This document shows positions 24,108 to 39,300 of a DNA stretch of 64,000 bases, in pieces. Under the pieces are notes generated by a model that was not told the DNA's origin, ran no database searches, and was given only the letters and a program-made list of their open reading frames with translations. Positions within the stretch are counted from its first letter, which is position 1. Every line of letters begins with the position of its first letter. The stretch comes from the human T2T-CHM13v2.0 reference genome, Homo sapiens: assembly GCF_009914755.1 (NCBI RefSeq), contig NC_060931.1, one strand, 5' to 3'. The position numbers and the translations under genes were made by a program.

Positions 24108-24465
24108 CTCTCTTGATGGGAAAAACACAGAAGAAAGGGCAGAGCTAGCATTTGGTACGGTGGGGGTGGCGGGTGGGGGATGGGGTGGGCTGTGGGCCGG
24201 TGACCACCTCTTGAGGGGTCTCCTGTGAGCTTCAAGCACAGCAGTAAAGAAAGAAGTAGGAAATCCTGGGGGAAGCCCCTCCTGGCAATGAATCCCAGAC
24301 CTTTTCTCCCCTCCCTGGGACAGGGAGAGGAGTCGAAGTAGGTGAGAACCTACAGTGAGGGAGAGTTCTAGACCATTGTGAGGCTGCCTGGCCCCGACCC
24401 CAACCCCCGAGGCCCTGCCCAGACCCACAGAGTCCATCTCTTCCACCCTGGCTCTTCTTCGCTCA

Positions 24466-25905
<1,440 letters not shown>

Positions 25906-26619
25906 CCAAAGAAGTTGCCCAAGGTTATGAACCTAGGGAAACCTAAGGAGGCAGAGAGTCAGGCACTCCAAGACAGGTCAGCCTCCTTGGAGGCTGCTGG
26001 GGCCAGGGGATCCCGGGGCTAGGGGCCTCCTGGGGCTACAGCTGCAGCTCTCGCCTCTTCCCCACTAGATGGGGTCCTTCTCCATTGCTGCTGACTCTTC
26101 CGCCTGGGACCGGAGCCCAGGCTGCCAGGGAGGGGCCAGCTCACCCACAGGGCCCGTCCTCAGCTGGCCGGGGGTGGGAGCCACGGCGGCTGGCCAGGCC
26201 TGGCAAGGGCACCGTGTGCCCGGGGAGCCTGGCCCACACCCAGCCCCGAGACAAGGGGCCCATTCAGGGCCCCCCGCCCCGCCCCCAAGCAGCCACCCGG
26301 ATCCAGCCCGCAGAGGGGACACACTGGGAAGCCAGGGGTGGATCTTGGGCAACCACCAAAGACCTTATTGTTTCCCAGCCCCCCGCCCAGCACGTGGGCA
26401 GACGCCCCCCCACCCCCAATCCTCACTTGCCCCTTCCCAGGACCCGAACCGCTGGCTCCCTTCTCCAGCCTCTGTCTCAATTCCTCCGTCTCCCACGCTT
26501 TAAACCTCCCCAGTCTGCAAAAGATCTCAGGGGAGCCCTAAATGGCAGGCGCGACCCCTGAGTCTGAACACAAGCAACGAACGAGATGTCAACCTCCAAA
26601 TTCAAGTTTCTTCAGAGTT

Positions 26620-26643
26620 TTTAATTATTATTATTATTTTAAT
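26620..26643 (-). terminator. TSC22D4: TSC22D4 polyadenylation signals (two ATTAAA variants in an AT-rich patch)
   Basis: tttaat at 26620-26625 and 26638-26643; the only AT-rich patch in a GC-rich 3' UTR. Confidence 0.7.
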
Positions 26644-27040
26644 AACAACCTGAATCCCAGAACTTCCAGATACTGTCCACACTCCCTCCCCTGGGCAGAG
26701 GAGAGGAGGCACCTCAAGGGAACAAGATGGGGGTGGGGTGTCTGCCGGGGAGCCTCCGACTCCCCCAAGCCGTCTACTGCTGGGGGGTCCCAGGAGGGAG
26801 GGTGGGGGTTGGTTCCCTCCCAGAGGGGGCTCCCTCTGACGCCCCGTCCTGAAGCCCTCCCTCCTCCATCAAGGCTGGGGATGATGAGGAGATGGGGCAG
26901 GGGCCGGGGGACCAGGCCATTACTGAGCCTTGAACTCCCACCCCGGGGACACGGGGACATTAAAGCTGCATAGGAAGAGGGGGCAGGCGGCTGACGCAAG
27001 GCCGGGCAGCCCCAAAGGCACATTGTAAGGGAAGGGAGGC

Positions 27041-27250
27041 TCAGACGGAGGGCCCATTGGGCGCAGGGGGCCCAAGCCGTGGGACCCCCGAGGAGGGCAG
27101 CTGAGCCAGCTGCTCCGGGCTGGCCAGGGCGCGCAGCAGCCCATTCTCCTGCTCCAGCGCAGCGTTCCGCTCCGCCAGTTCCCGGATCTGCTCCTTCAGC
27201 ACCTCCACCTCCTCCCGGACCGCAAACATGAGGTGGGACTTCACCAAGTC
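27041..27250 (-). CDS. TSC22D4: TSC22D4 last coding exon, TSC box and leucine zipper ([22 protein letters not shown]...NGPSV*)
   Basis: Acceptor cag|GAC; TGA at 27043-27041; spliced total 395 aa. Confidence 0.97.
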
Positions 27251-27633
27251 CTGGGGGCCCCGGGACAGGCACAGCGTCAACGGGGTGGGTGCCTCATCCC
27301 CTGCCCAGTGCCTTGAGGGCTGGGGTGGGAGACAGTCCCCAGTGTCCAGAGGATGAGGGACAAAGCAGGGAAGGGACAGGGGAAAAGGACGAGGGACAGA
27401 GGCAGAGTCAGGGCTCAAAGACAGAGATGGGGACCAGTAGCCAGACTAGAGGCTGGGCAAAGTCAAGGGTGGAGGTGGTGGCAGGAGGGGGCAGAGGATG
27501 CCCAGCAGCCCAGCAGGGAGAGGGACGGAGGAGCTGGGAGTTGGTGTTCCCTGGTAAGGAAGAGGACAGGGCTGGGGCAGAGGGATGGCTTAAGGGGGCC
27601 AGGACCTCCTGGGACCAAGATGGCTTCTCTTAC

Positions 27634-27682
27634 CATGGCTTGCTCGATTTTGTTGTCAATGCCAACCAGGCTTCCGGAGCCA
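27634..27682 (-). CDS. TSC22D4: TSC22D4 exon starting the TSC box (SGSGSLVGIDNKIEQAM)
   Basis: 49 nt, phase 2-0; donor ATG|GTAAGA; TSC22/DIP/bun signature IDNKIEQAM. Confidence 0.96.
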
Positions 27683-27776
27683 CTGGAGAGACACAGGAAG
27701 GTGAGGGGAGGAGAGGAGAAGCCTTCCCAGGTGCTGGTTTCTTGGACCACAGCCTCCCGCCCACACCCCCCTGTAC

Positions 27777-28024
27777 CTGTGACAGTAGAGAATGAGGGAG
27801 AGGAGGGTTTTGTCCATCCCCCTGCGGGTTGAAGGCCGCTGCCCAGGGCCTCCCAGGCCCCGGTGGGGCGGGGGCCCAGATGTCCCTCGGATGGGGGATG
27901 CACCCCGGGGAGAGCAAGGGGAAGAGGCACAGCCCCTTTTTCGGGGCAGCCCCGGAGCCATCCCCACCACTCGGGTCTCATAAGACGACACCAGGGACTT
28001 GACAGAGACCCCTGGCTGGGCCAT
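27777..28024 (-). CDS. TSC22D4: Candidate alternative first coding exon of a short TSC22D4 isoform (MAQPGVSVKSLVSSYE...LILYCH)
   Basis: Strong Kozak ggcATGG at 28024; open for 82 codons; donor CAG|GTACAG, phase 2, matches the phase-2 acceptor at 27682 across a 94-nt intron; predicted product 168 aa. Confidence 0.65.
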
Positions 28025-28680
28025 GCCCAAGGGGAAAGGGTCCTTAGACACCCCCCCAATGGAGAGGGATGCAGTGAAGGGAATGCCTGGGGGGCTCAGA
28101 GCCCCCCGGGCAGAGCAGGGTCTGGCTGGTGCCAGGCAGGCAGAGAGGAGACAGTGCCTCGGGGGTGCTGGCCTGAAAGATATACACCACCCCCCCAAGG
28201 GCAAGGCCTGGCTGCTATTGGCTCCTTGGGGACACGGGGACCCCCCCTCCTTTCAGCTCCTCGGTGGGCGGGAATTCCCAGACACGGTCAGTGCCAGTGT
28301 CCCCTTCTCACCCTGGCACCAATCCCAGAGTGGAGGGGAGGGGGCCGGCCGAGGAAGTCAGCTGGTGGCTGGGCCAGGGGAGGGGCGTGGGGCAGAAGCC
28401 TGGGTCTGAGCGGGGAGTGAAGGGTGTGAAGGGAGAGGAAGGGGCTGGCCTTCGGAGGCCCCTCGCCACCTCCGACCCCATTCTGTCCCCTCCGTCACTC
28501 AAGGCCTTGGGAAAGAGGGTGGAGGTGGCTGGGGTAGGGGGCGTTCTGACGTGCTCGTGGTCTTCCATAGATCATGAGCGCTCTCCCACCAAAAAACCCC
28601 ACAAGGCTCACATCATGGGTGACCCCTGGGATCTGGCCAGAGGGTCCCTGAGTCTCCAGAGAAGACCAAAAATGGGAAAG

Positions 28681-29041
<361 letters not shown>

Positions 29042-29088
29042 TCACGCTTGTAATCCCAGCACTTTGGGAGGCTGAGGCGAGTGGATCA

Positions 29089-29307
<219 letters not shown>

Positions 29308-31529
29308 TTAAAAAAAAAAAAAAAAAAATCGCCTATGGGCCTGGGACCTGGGTCTGGGGTCTCAGAGGAAGCGAGGGTTTGAGGAGAGGAAGGGAAGTGA
29401 GCTTGGAGAAGGGACACTGGGAAGAGGAGCAACAGGGCTTGGAAGAGGGCTGGGAGTCTGGGGTGACAGGGTCTGGCTGCAGTCTGGGAAGTGGCCACCA
29501 GAGGGCGACTCAGGCCTGGCTCAACAGCCCCCAGGGCCGGGCTCCAGGCTGGCTCCACGACGTTGGGCTCCTGGTCCCAGAACCTGGCTCTCCCTCAAGC
29601 CCCACTCTCAGGCCCCACCTGCGCAGGCCCTTGTGCTGACCTCATCCTCCAAGGCTCCCTCTCCCACCCCTCAGGCCCCAGGCTCTTGCCCTGAGGCTCC
29701 CGACCCACCCTTGCACCCCTGCACTCTGGCGCTGTGGCGGGATCCCCAGTCCTGCCCTCCAGCCCCCAGCTGGGCCCCCCTTGGAGCAGGGGCCTCAAGG
29801 CGCTGCAGCCCACATCCCTGGACTCCCTTGTAAGCCCTCCCTCCTGGCTGTCAGCTCAGACTTGCTTTCCTGCAGGGGGATCAGCACTCAATTCAAGGTG
29901 ACCCCTGGATAAGGTCCTGCAGCCAGGAAGGGAGCACAAGGGAGCTGGGAATTTTCCATTTCTCATCCCAGCTCTGGGTGCAGAAGGCGCTGACAGGTGG
30001 AGCAACTAAGGAGGTGACTAGGCCTGAGCGAGCAGGATGGGGTGGGTGGGGGAAGGGCATCTGGGACTCTTGGGGTGGTGGGAGAGGAGAAGTTGAAGGG
30101 TGGAGGTGGGTCTGCCAGCAGGAGGGTCAAAGTAATTTTCGAGCTATTTCAATCAGCAACACCTGGGTGGAGATGGAGCCACCACAGAAAGCCCAATACT
30201 GCCACCACCCCATTAAACACTCACAGAGACCAAAGGGGTTGGATACACAGGGATAGGAACATGGGCCCTGCTGGGCAGAGACTCAGGGGTAAAGATGTCA
30301 AGTAAGGTGTTCATTCTCACCAGAGATAAAGGAATAATACAGCAATAAACGTTTGTTAGCCGACAGGTGACTGTCTTCTGTTTGTCTAGCGCCTGGGAGT
30401 TTTTGCTCTTGTTGCCCAGGCTGGAGTGCAATGGCGGGATTTTCCCTCATTGGAACCTCCACCTCTGGGTTCAAGTGATTCTCCTGCCTCAGCCTCCAGA
30501 GTAGCTGAGATTACAGGCATGAGCCACCATGCCCAGCTAATTTTTGTATTTTTGCCGGGGAGCCTCCGGCAAAATGGGGTTTCACCATGTTGGCCAGGCT
30601 GGTCTTGAACTCCTGACCTCATGATCCACCCACCTCAGCCTCCCATCTCAGTCCTGGGATTACAGGTGTGAGTCACTGTGCCAGGCCTCTATTGGAACAT
30701 TCTAACACACACTTCAAGGGACCAGGGCTCTGGCAATGCAGGCCCTTCCCTTTAGGACCCCAAAGCGAGGGGTTGTGGGCACTGTGCTAGAATTCTTTGA
30801 CAGGGTCCGGGGGAGGAAAGTAGGGGCTGCTGAGACAGGATCGACCTCCACCACAAGCCCAAAAGCAAGTTTGTATGGATTAGAAAATGCCCCCTTCTTC
30901 GAGATCCTTAATGCCATCTTCTGGAAAACTGTCGTGACTTCAAGCATTGACTGTGATTTCAAATATGAGCGGCACCCCCTGGAGTTAGTTGTGCAGTGTG
31001 TGACATGCACAGTGGGAGACTTAGCCCTGCAGGACTCTTGGTCCTGGGGCGGGGACAGCCCTAGAAGCTGGTCTTCCTCTTTGAGGGTCAAATAAAACGG
31101 CCTCAACATGAAGATGAGATAAAAAGCAGGACACCTGGGAGAAATGGGGAGCCTGGGATCTTGGGGACAGGGGCCAGCCCTGCACACTCTCCAGTGGGTT
31201 CAGGGGATCCCCCAGGGCCTAGGTCTGGGGCCAAGAAAGTGTCATCCAGCTGCCCTGTCTCTATGCTGTCCCGGATCTGTGGTGTCTTTGGGGCGGGGCT
31301 GGGGAGGTCGGGGAGGGGGAAGGGGGGCTGGCTCCCTGCCCTGCTTGGGAGAGCTGTACCTGACTGTCCTAGAGAGAAAGGATATTGTAGACCATTGCCG
31401 CCACCTCTTTGCCTGGGACACAGGCATCCCAGTAGGACAGTGGAGAAGGTGTGGCTTTGGAGTTGGACCCAGGCTCCAGCTGCAGTCCAGCCACTTAAAC
31501 TAGCTGGGTGGCCCTTGGGCAAGTTTCTA

Positions 31530-31871
<342 letters not shown>

Positions 31872-34356
31872 TCAGATACTTCATCTGGCAAGTGGGAGAA
31901 TGGAACTGCTTTTTAGGATTAGAAGGGAGAAGGCAGTACCGGACCCAAGGGAGGCACTGGATAAATAAATGTACCTTTTCTTTCCCAAGTCCCTGGGATC
32001 CATTCTGTATAATGCCTGGATCCCCCAGGCCGGTCACTGCCCCCACCCCCATTCCTTCCATCCACTTCTTCACACCTTAATTACCTCCTGCCTGCCGGGA
32101 GGGGACAAGGATTTCCAGCCCTGGGGCACGTGAGCATTCTAGATTCACCTGCACCCTCTGTTCGCCCATCCCCAGATTCAGGGACTGGTCAGGCGTCCCC
32201 AACTCCCTCCCTGTGATCCAGGCACTGAACATCTCAGCCCACCTTCCCTCTTAAGAGAGAGGTCCCAGGCCACTGGCATCCTGTCCTGCCAGCCCTGTGC
32301 ACACCAGACAGGAGAGGTGGGGCCTACATGTCCCATTCCTAGGGGGCAGGGGGTGGCCCAACCCAAACCCGCTGGCCTGGCAGGGTGGGGCTTGAGGGGC
32401 TGGGCTGGGACAGATCCCCAAGAGCCTTGGAGCACAGCAGGGTGAAGTGGAGGCTGGGAACCGGACCGGTCAGATTGGGGTGTGCAGGGAGGGGGTGGGA
32501 TGGAGGGAGGCAGGGAGGGAGGGTACAGGGGAAAGACGGAGGCCTCAGGAGGTTGAATCCTCTAAGACAGAGACAGCAGGAGGCTGGGCTGTGAACTCAA
32601 CAGGGGTGGGGGAGGGACGGGGAGTCCTCTTGCCGGGGAACCTCCCAAGTGGGAGAGGGAGAGGGCGGGAAACGCTGAGAATAGCAGTGATGGCGGCAGG
32701 TGACTCTCCCAGCCCTGGCCGACCTCACACCTCGCACATTCCTGAGAGTGGGAATGGGGCGTGCAGAAGCCACCCAGTCCTGCCCAGCCCCGCCCAGCCC
32801 CACCCAGCACTGGCACTCTTGCCCTCCGTCCCACCAGCTCCTGGCCACCTCCTTTGCCAGGTCCCTATCCTCCCTGAGGCCGCAGGACCCTATCAGTGGT
32901 GGGCTTGAGTCCCTGATCCCAGCGAGTGGCCCCTGATCTGGGGAGGACAGGAAGGAGCGACTCCCATCTGGAATTGGTCCCTCAGGCACCCACTCACCCA
33001 CTCTCGAAGCCCCACCCCCAATTTCCTTCCAAGCAGGAAGTCCCTCCCCTTGAAAACCTCCCACGGGAAGTCCCACTTCTCCCTCCAAAAGAAAAGCGGT
33101 GACTCCCCAGCCCTTCTGCCCGGTTCCTATCAGTCCCCGGGGAGAAGCAGGCAGCCTGGCTATCTCTGACTCACGATTCTGGGCCTCCCTTTTCAGCTTG
33201 CTGGCTTTCTTAGGAATGGTGACACCTGGCCCTGAAAACCCACCCAACAGAGCACTGTCCCCTAAAGGGAGAACCCCAGAAAGTCGCTCTCTGCAGTGCT
33301 GCCCCTGCCCCTTTGCCGTTCCTAGCTCTGATTCTGTTCCTAGCTGGCCCATCTTAGGGACTTGCTTTCTCGGTTCTAGAAATCTTAGGATCCTAAAGTA
33401 GACCCTGTGGGCTATCAGGATGTCACGCTCCACAGGTGCTGTTAGGGAGTCCCAGTCCTTTGTTAGGAGAGAAAGAGGGAGATGGAACTGGGAGGAAACT
33501 GATTTCCATTCTTTTTCAGTTTTTTTTGTTGTTTTTTTTTTGAGGCGGAGTCTCGCTCTGTCACCCACGCTGGAGTGCAGTGGTGCGATCTCGGCTCACT
33601 GCACCCTCTGCCTCCTGGGTTCAAGTGATTCTCCTGCCTCAGCCTCCTGAGTAGCTGGGATTACAGGCACGTACCACCACGCCTGGCTAATTTTTGTATT
33701 TTTAGTACAGACAGGGTTTCACCGTGTTGGCAAGGCTGGCCTCGAACTCCTGACCTCAGGTGATCTGCCCGCTTCAGCCTCCTAAAGTGCTGGGATTACA
33801 GGCATGAGCCACCATGCCCAGCCTACTTCCTTTATGTATATATATATATATTTTTTTTTTTCTTTCTTTCTTTTTCTTTTTAGAGATGAGGTCTCGCTAC
33901 ATTGCCAGGGCTTGGTCTTGAACTCCTGGCCTCAAGCAATTTTCCTGCCTGGGCCTCCCAAAGCACTATGAGTACAGGCGGGAGCCACTGTGCCCCGGCC
34001 TGATTTGCTATTCTGTCTAGAGCATGCATTTGCCAGTGGGTTCCTGGGTTGGCCAGATGATCTCTAAATCTGCAAGAGCTCTGGAATCTGACAACAATGA
34101 CTCCCTTCAGACTCTAAAAAAGTCTGTGACCTGACAGTTCTGAGCCAGGGAGTCCCACCCAGCCCTCTCCACAGAGAGGGAGTGGGTCCGAAATCAACTG
34201 TGTGCAGTGGCTATGCCCAGGCCAGGTTTCTCTAAGAGGTCCTCTCCAAGTTCAACCTGGGGGAAGGATGCCTACCAGGCACTTTCTTACAGCTACCCCG
34301 GGTGCTGGGCGGGGAACCTGAACCCCACGCCCCACCACCCCACGAAGCCCACCTAC

Positions 34357-34523
34357 CTATCATCGTCGCTGTCTAGGTGACCACTGATGGCCAACATGGA
34401 GTGGGCCAGGCTGAACTTCTGAGCTGCTACTGCTCCGAAGGGGTCTGGAGATTTGTGAACCAGGCTGGCATCGTGGGTGAAGTAGAGGGCTGGGGAGCTG
34501 GGGCGAGAGTCAAGTGGGGGCAC
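34357..34523 (-). CDS. TSC22D4: TSC22D4 internal exon ([10 protein letters not shown]...GHLDSDDD)
   Basis: Acceptor ccag|GTG, donor AG|GTAGGT; 167 nt, phase 0-2; below the ORF-track cutoff and translated by hand. Confidence 0.93.
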
Positions 34524-37359
34524 CTGGAGGCGGAGAGGTAGGAACCATCACATGAAAAGAGAAAAGAAAGGAACCAGCTGCCTTAAAACTTGCCTATTAG
34601 CCTTCCTCCCTCTCCACCTCCCCACTCTCTTTCGAGGACCCAGGAGTCCTGTCCCCGCAGTCCTTCCCTCCTCCAGCTCTGGAGAAGGCATTAGGCAGGT
34701 ACTAGAAGCAAGAAGTGGGTCAACCTAAGGAATGGGAGGAGTGGTGTATAGGACATTAGAGAGAGTCTCCCAAGTGGGAGGAGGGGGTGACTGACGGAGG
34801 AACCCAGAATAGACTCCAATGCCCCAGCTCCCACTGGGCCGGGACCCCTAATCAGAGGCTACGCAGCGTGTCTGCCTTCTTTTATGTTTTATTTTTATTT
34901 TTTTGAGACAGTCTCACTCTGTCACCCAGGCTGGAGTGAAGTGGCACAATCATGGCTCACTGCAGCCTTGAATTCCTGAGCTTAAGCGATCCTCCAGCCT
35001 CAGCCACCCGAGTAGCTGGGACTACAGGCATGCACCATCATAACTGGCTAATTTTTTATTTTTGGTTAACACAGGGTCTCAAGATGTTGTCCCGGCTGGT
35101 CTCAAACTCCTGGGCTCAAGTGATCCTCCTGCCTCAGCCTCCCAAAGTGCTGGAAGAATGAGCCACCACTCCCAGCCTGTGCCTTTACTGGAGTCTCGCT
35201 CTGTCGCCCATGCTGGAGTGCAGTGACGTGATCTTGGCTCACTGTAACCTATGCCTTCCAGGTTAAACTGATTCTCCTGCCTCAGCCTCCTGAGTAGCCG
35301 GGACTACCGGCACCTGCCATCACACCTGGCTAATTTTTTTATTTTTAGTAGAGACGACAGGGTTTCACCATGTTGGCCAGGCTGGTCTTGAACTCCTGAC
35401 CTCAAGTGATCTGCCCGCCTCGGCCTCCCAAAATGCTGGGATTACAGGCGTGAACCACTGCACCCAGGCTGCCTTCTTAAAATGACTCCAATGTCACCTC
35501 TTAGAGAGGCATTTCCCCATCATTCACTGGTTTACTGAACTATTTCATTTTTTTATAGCACCTAACATTATCTGAAATTAAAGTATTTATTGTGTCTCTC
35601 CCCTGCTAGAAGGTCAGTTTGCTCAGTAGCTATTTGTAGAATGAATGGATCCTCAGAAACTGCTCCTCCATCCCCTCACCCACCCCCCACTCTCGCTTCC
35701 CCTCTCAAACTTCTCGGACTCAGGTGGAATTCTGCTCCTGCGCTCTGCCCTAGGGTTGGGGGGGGAGCTGGTTGTGGAGCTGGGGGGAGGCGGAGCCTGG
35801 GCGTGGACCTGCATAGCCCAACAGGCTCTGGGGGCAGCAGCAAAAAGGGCGGGGGCGACAGGAACATGACAAGACGCCTCTGTGAGGCCCCGGGAGGCCC
35901 CAGCTTCTCAGAAAAGCCAAGAACAGAGAGTCCAGGGTGGTTAAGGGACAGAGCAGAGGAAGGGGGCCCAGGTGGTGTCCCCTGGCCCTTCTCCACCACT
36001 CCCCTCTGTTAAGAGGGAGAAGAGGCATGAGGGGACGTGGAAGGGAGACAGACTTTTGGGCAAGGAAATAGCAAAACAGATGCGTGCAAACAGAAGACCG
36101 TCAGGAGGTGGGGGAAGGCTGGGGAGTAGGGGGCACTGAGAGAGAGAGGCAGGGTCTGTGGCCCCAAGAGAAGCTCAGGCCAGGCTTAAGGACAGAGAGC
36201 AGGGAAGCTGGAGGCCAAGGGGGTTTGCTTTGGAAGAGTCTGGGGACAGGACAGGAAGAGAAACAGCATCTTCTCCCCTGGGGTGGGTGCTGAATGCAAG
36301 AGTTCAAGAAGAGTTGGGGGAGGGGGGGTAGGAGGGGGCATCACGAGAGATGTGAGCTTGAGGCCAGGAGGGGTTTGGGGGGAGCCAGTCCTGACCGGTC
36401 CTGACAGGACCCAGACATCCAGTCCCAGGTTATTTTTATACTGTGGTTTGTGCCCAAGGCCAGGAAGGGGAAAGAGTTCGCATCCTCACACTCCCTGCCT
36501 TTCCCCAGACCTCCGAGGTGTTATATTCTCCCACAGGACAGAAGTATCCAACCTTCTATCTCTGGCTGCTCACCCCCACCATGGGGACCCAGGCATCCTG
36601 CCCCCACAGCCTGGCTTGTTCCTCTTTTGGAGACAGGAAGGAGAAAGAGTATGGGACTGAACTCCCTTCTGGGGCTCTTCTCTCCCACTCCACAGTGGTC
36701 ACCCTCGAGTTATCAATCACAGAGAGGCTCAGATGGACGGGGGTGAGCCAGACAACTGGGGGGTGAAATGGATCAACCAGCAGGCCCCCTCCCTGTCCCT
36801 GAGAGGTGTTCCCCCCACCCAATTTCTCAGTGACACTTGGCTTACAGCAAAGCTGGAGGCAGGACTGAGATGGGTGGCTGGGGGAAAAGAAAGACCCCCA
36901 CATTCAGGATGGGGCTGCAGTGCAGAGACTGGCAGCGCGCAAGGCCTACCTTTTACTTTTCCTCCCCAAATCCTGGCAGCTCCTCCCCTAGGGACCCAGC
37001 TACCCAGCTATCCAGCTGGGGCCTCCACCCTCATCACCTAGAGGCAGAGGGGCTGAGACCAAGACAGAAGAAGGCCTGATGAGGGGGCCACATATGCTAC
37101 AGGCTACATGAAGACCAAGACAGAGAATCAGAGGCCAGGGAGAAAGAGAGAGGGTGCAGAAAAACAGGAAGGAGGCTGAGACAGAAAATGAAGTAGGAGG
37201 AAGGGGCTTCAGAGTGACCTGGCAGGCACAGAGAAGAGGGCTATCTGATCTTATAAAGTGATGGAGAAGGAGGAGGAGAGGGGGGGGAGGAGGAGGAAGG
37301 AGGCTCAAGATAGAGGTTAGGCCAGGGCTGATGGGCCAGCCCTAGAACCCAGGTCTTAC

Positions 37360-38121
37360 CTGCCCCATCTCTTCTGGAGCACCCAACTCCATCCGCAGCC
37401 GCATGTCTACAGCTTTCCTCCGGGACAGTGGAGGGGTCCTGGCCCCTGAGCCCCCAGCCTCCGCTTCCACCCTCAGAGAGGGCAGGGGCGTGGCAGCCCG
37501 GGATGTGCCCGCACTCTCACCGGTCTCAGGCTCTGGGGGGCGCTGCTGGGGTGAGGAGGCCGACAGTGGGGGTTTCTCTGCCTTGGCTTTGCTGGGCACC
37601 ACCAGCTGGCCCAGTCCCCCAGTGAAGGAGCGGGCCTGAGGTCCAGGAGAGGTGGGGGGTGGACGGAGCCAGGAGGTGGGGCCCTGAGACAGGCCTGACG
37701 GTGGGGTGGGGGCGCCCAGGCCGAGGCTGGCCAGCTCCAACCTGGAATCCAAAGATCTGCCCCCGGCGCCCCCTGAGGCCCCTCGAATTCCCTCCAGGAG
37801 TCCGCCGAAGCTGTGGGGCTCCAGGTCTCGCTCATAAACATCCACACACGTCCAGCGACCGCGGCGATAAGGCTCTCCCAGGCCGTGGGGCAGCTTCACC
37901 ACCCGGAAACGGGAGGAAGGGGCCCCAGGTGGTGGGGAGCCATTCCGGGGGGTGCCCTTGCCCCCCGGATCGGGGCTGGGCTCCCCATTGGGCAGGCGGG
38001 GCGGGGGCCCGGTTGGGGGCTGTGGGGTAGGGGGATCCGAAGCCCCTGGGCTCCCAGGGCCCTCATAGTCCGTGGTGACGCTGGTGATTTGGAAACTACT
38101 CTTCTTCTTGCCCCCGCTCAT
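37360..38121 (-). CDS. TSC22D4: TSC22D4 first coding exon (coding part; exon extends to 38390)
   Basis: [15 protein letters not shown]...SRFRVVKL...[10 protein letters not shown], motifs conserved in long TSC22 isoforms; donor CAG|GTAAGA; 254 codons; acceptor ...ttttccag| at 38390. Confidence 0.97.
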
Positions 38122-38403
38122 GGTCCCTGGGGCTCAGGGCTGGGCCAAGGTTGGGGGTGGGTTGGGGCTCCTTGAAGGGGCTCAGGCACCCCTGGAACAA
38201 GGGGGCCACATGGCGGGGACATCCGAGCCCCTGGGGACGTCTGGGTCCGACATGGCAGGAGGGCCTGGCGGGAACCGGGGGTGCCTGCTGGGTGAGGGGA
38301 GAAGAGGAGAGGGGAGGTGGCGGGAGGGGGGAGCAGGGGCAGGTTTTTCCTGCTGCTGTTGCTGCTGAACTCCAGAGCTGAGTTTGCAAACTGGAAAAAG
38401 AGG

Positions 38404-38405
<2 letters not shown>

Positions 38406-38476
<71 letters not shown>
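38406..38476. repeat. Compound (GA)n(GT)n microsatellite at the TSC22D4 intron-1 acceptor
   Basis: Read directly. Confidence 0.95.
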
Positions 38477-38480
<4 letters not shown>

Positions 38481-38868
38481 CAGTGGGCAGGCCACCTCCG
38501 GGGCTTCCTCTCCGGGGAGCAGAGTGGGGGAAGGGGAAACCGTCAGAGACCCAGAGACAGGCAAGAGATGACAGAGACCAGGGCAGAGGGGACTGGATCC
38601 AAGAAGGCACTCAGAGTAGAAAGAGGCAGATGAGTCCCAGAGTTGGGCATTTCTCGCCTGGGATTCTGACTCAGGGGGCCCGTATTGTCCCAAGAGCTCG
38701 GACTCCAGGGCCTGGGAGAACCAGGCTGAAGCAGCTCCCCAGCCTGGCCCGGCCACTCAGAGAGACCTCTCCTGGGCCTCGAGCCCCCACCCTCACCCCA
38801 GCTCCCACATCTCTGGGGCAGGCCCTGCCCGGCTACCCCCCAGCGCCCCACCCAGCCCTGAACCCTAC

Positions 38869-39300
38869 CTCTGGGGCCTCGGCCACTGATCTGAGCCTGA
38901 GGGTCCCGGCGCCTAAGAGGTCGGGCTGTCCGTTCCCTGGGGCCTCCTGGCCATGGGCAGTGGCGGGGCACGCAGGCGGCGATCAGAGGCTGTCCCGTCC
39001 TCTCCGGGGGCCGCGGCTCATCCTGCCAGGCATCTCCGAGGAAAGTTTGCTCTCCGGAAAAGAAGAAACCCGCGCCTCCTCCGAGGAGCCTAGGAGCGGC
39101 CTCTGAAGCCCCAAGGGTCTGGAGACTGATGTGGGAGGGGGCGGCCGAGCCCCCCTCTGCTCCCGGTGGCAGCCAGCGAGTGGGTGTCCCGAGTCTCCTC
39201 CCGCGTGACCCTGCTGGGTCCGTGTCTCCGCTCCTCGGCTCCCCTGGGTCTCTGCCTCTCCGTCTTTCTCTTTCTGGGCTGTTGACAACCCCCACACCAG
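38869..39300 (-). other. TSC22D4: TSC22D4 non-coding first exon (5' end approximate)
   Basis: Donor GAG|GTAGGG at 38869/38868; CpG-rich; GC box and G-rich promoter sequence at about 39550-39570. Confidence 0.6.

Noticed and set aside
29595-29869. Possible TSC22D4 cassette exon (acceptor ccccctgcag| at 29869)
   Set aside because: Joining from either upstream donor (phase 2 or phase 0) hits an early stop; at best a poison exon, with no support
32597-33568. 323-aa minus-strand ORF in a TSC22D4 intron
   Set aside because: Starts inside an Alu, has no recognisable motif, and no phase-compatible splice sites were found
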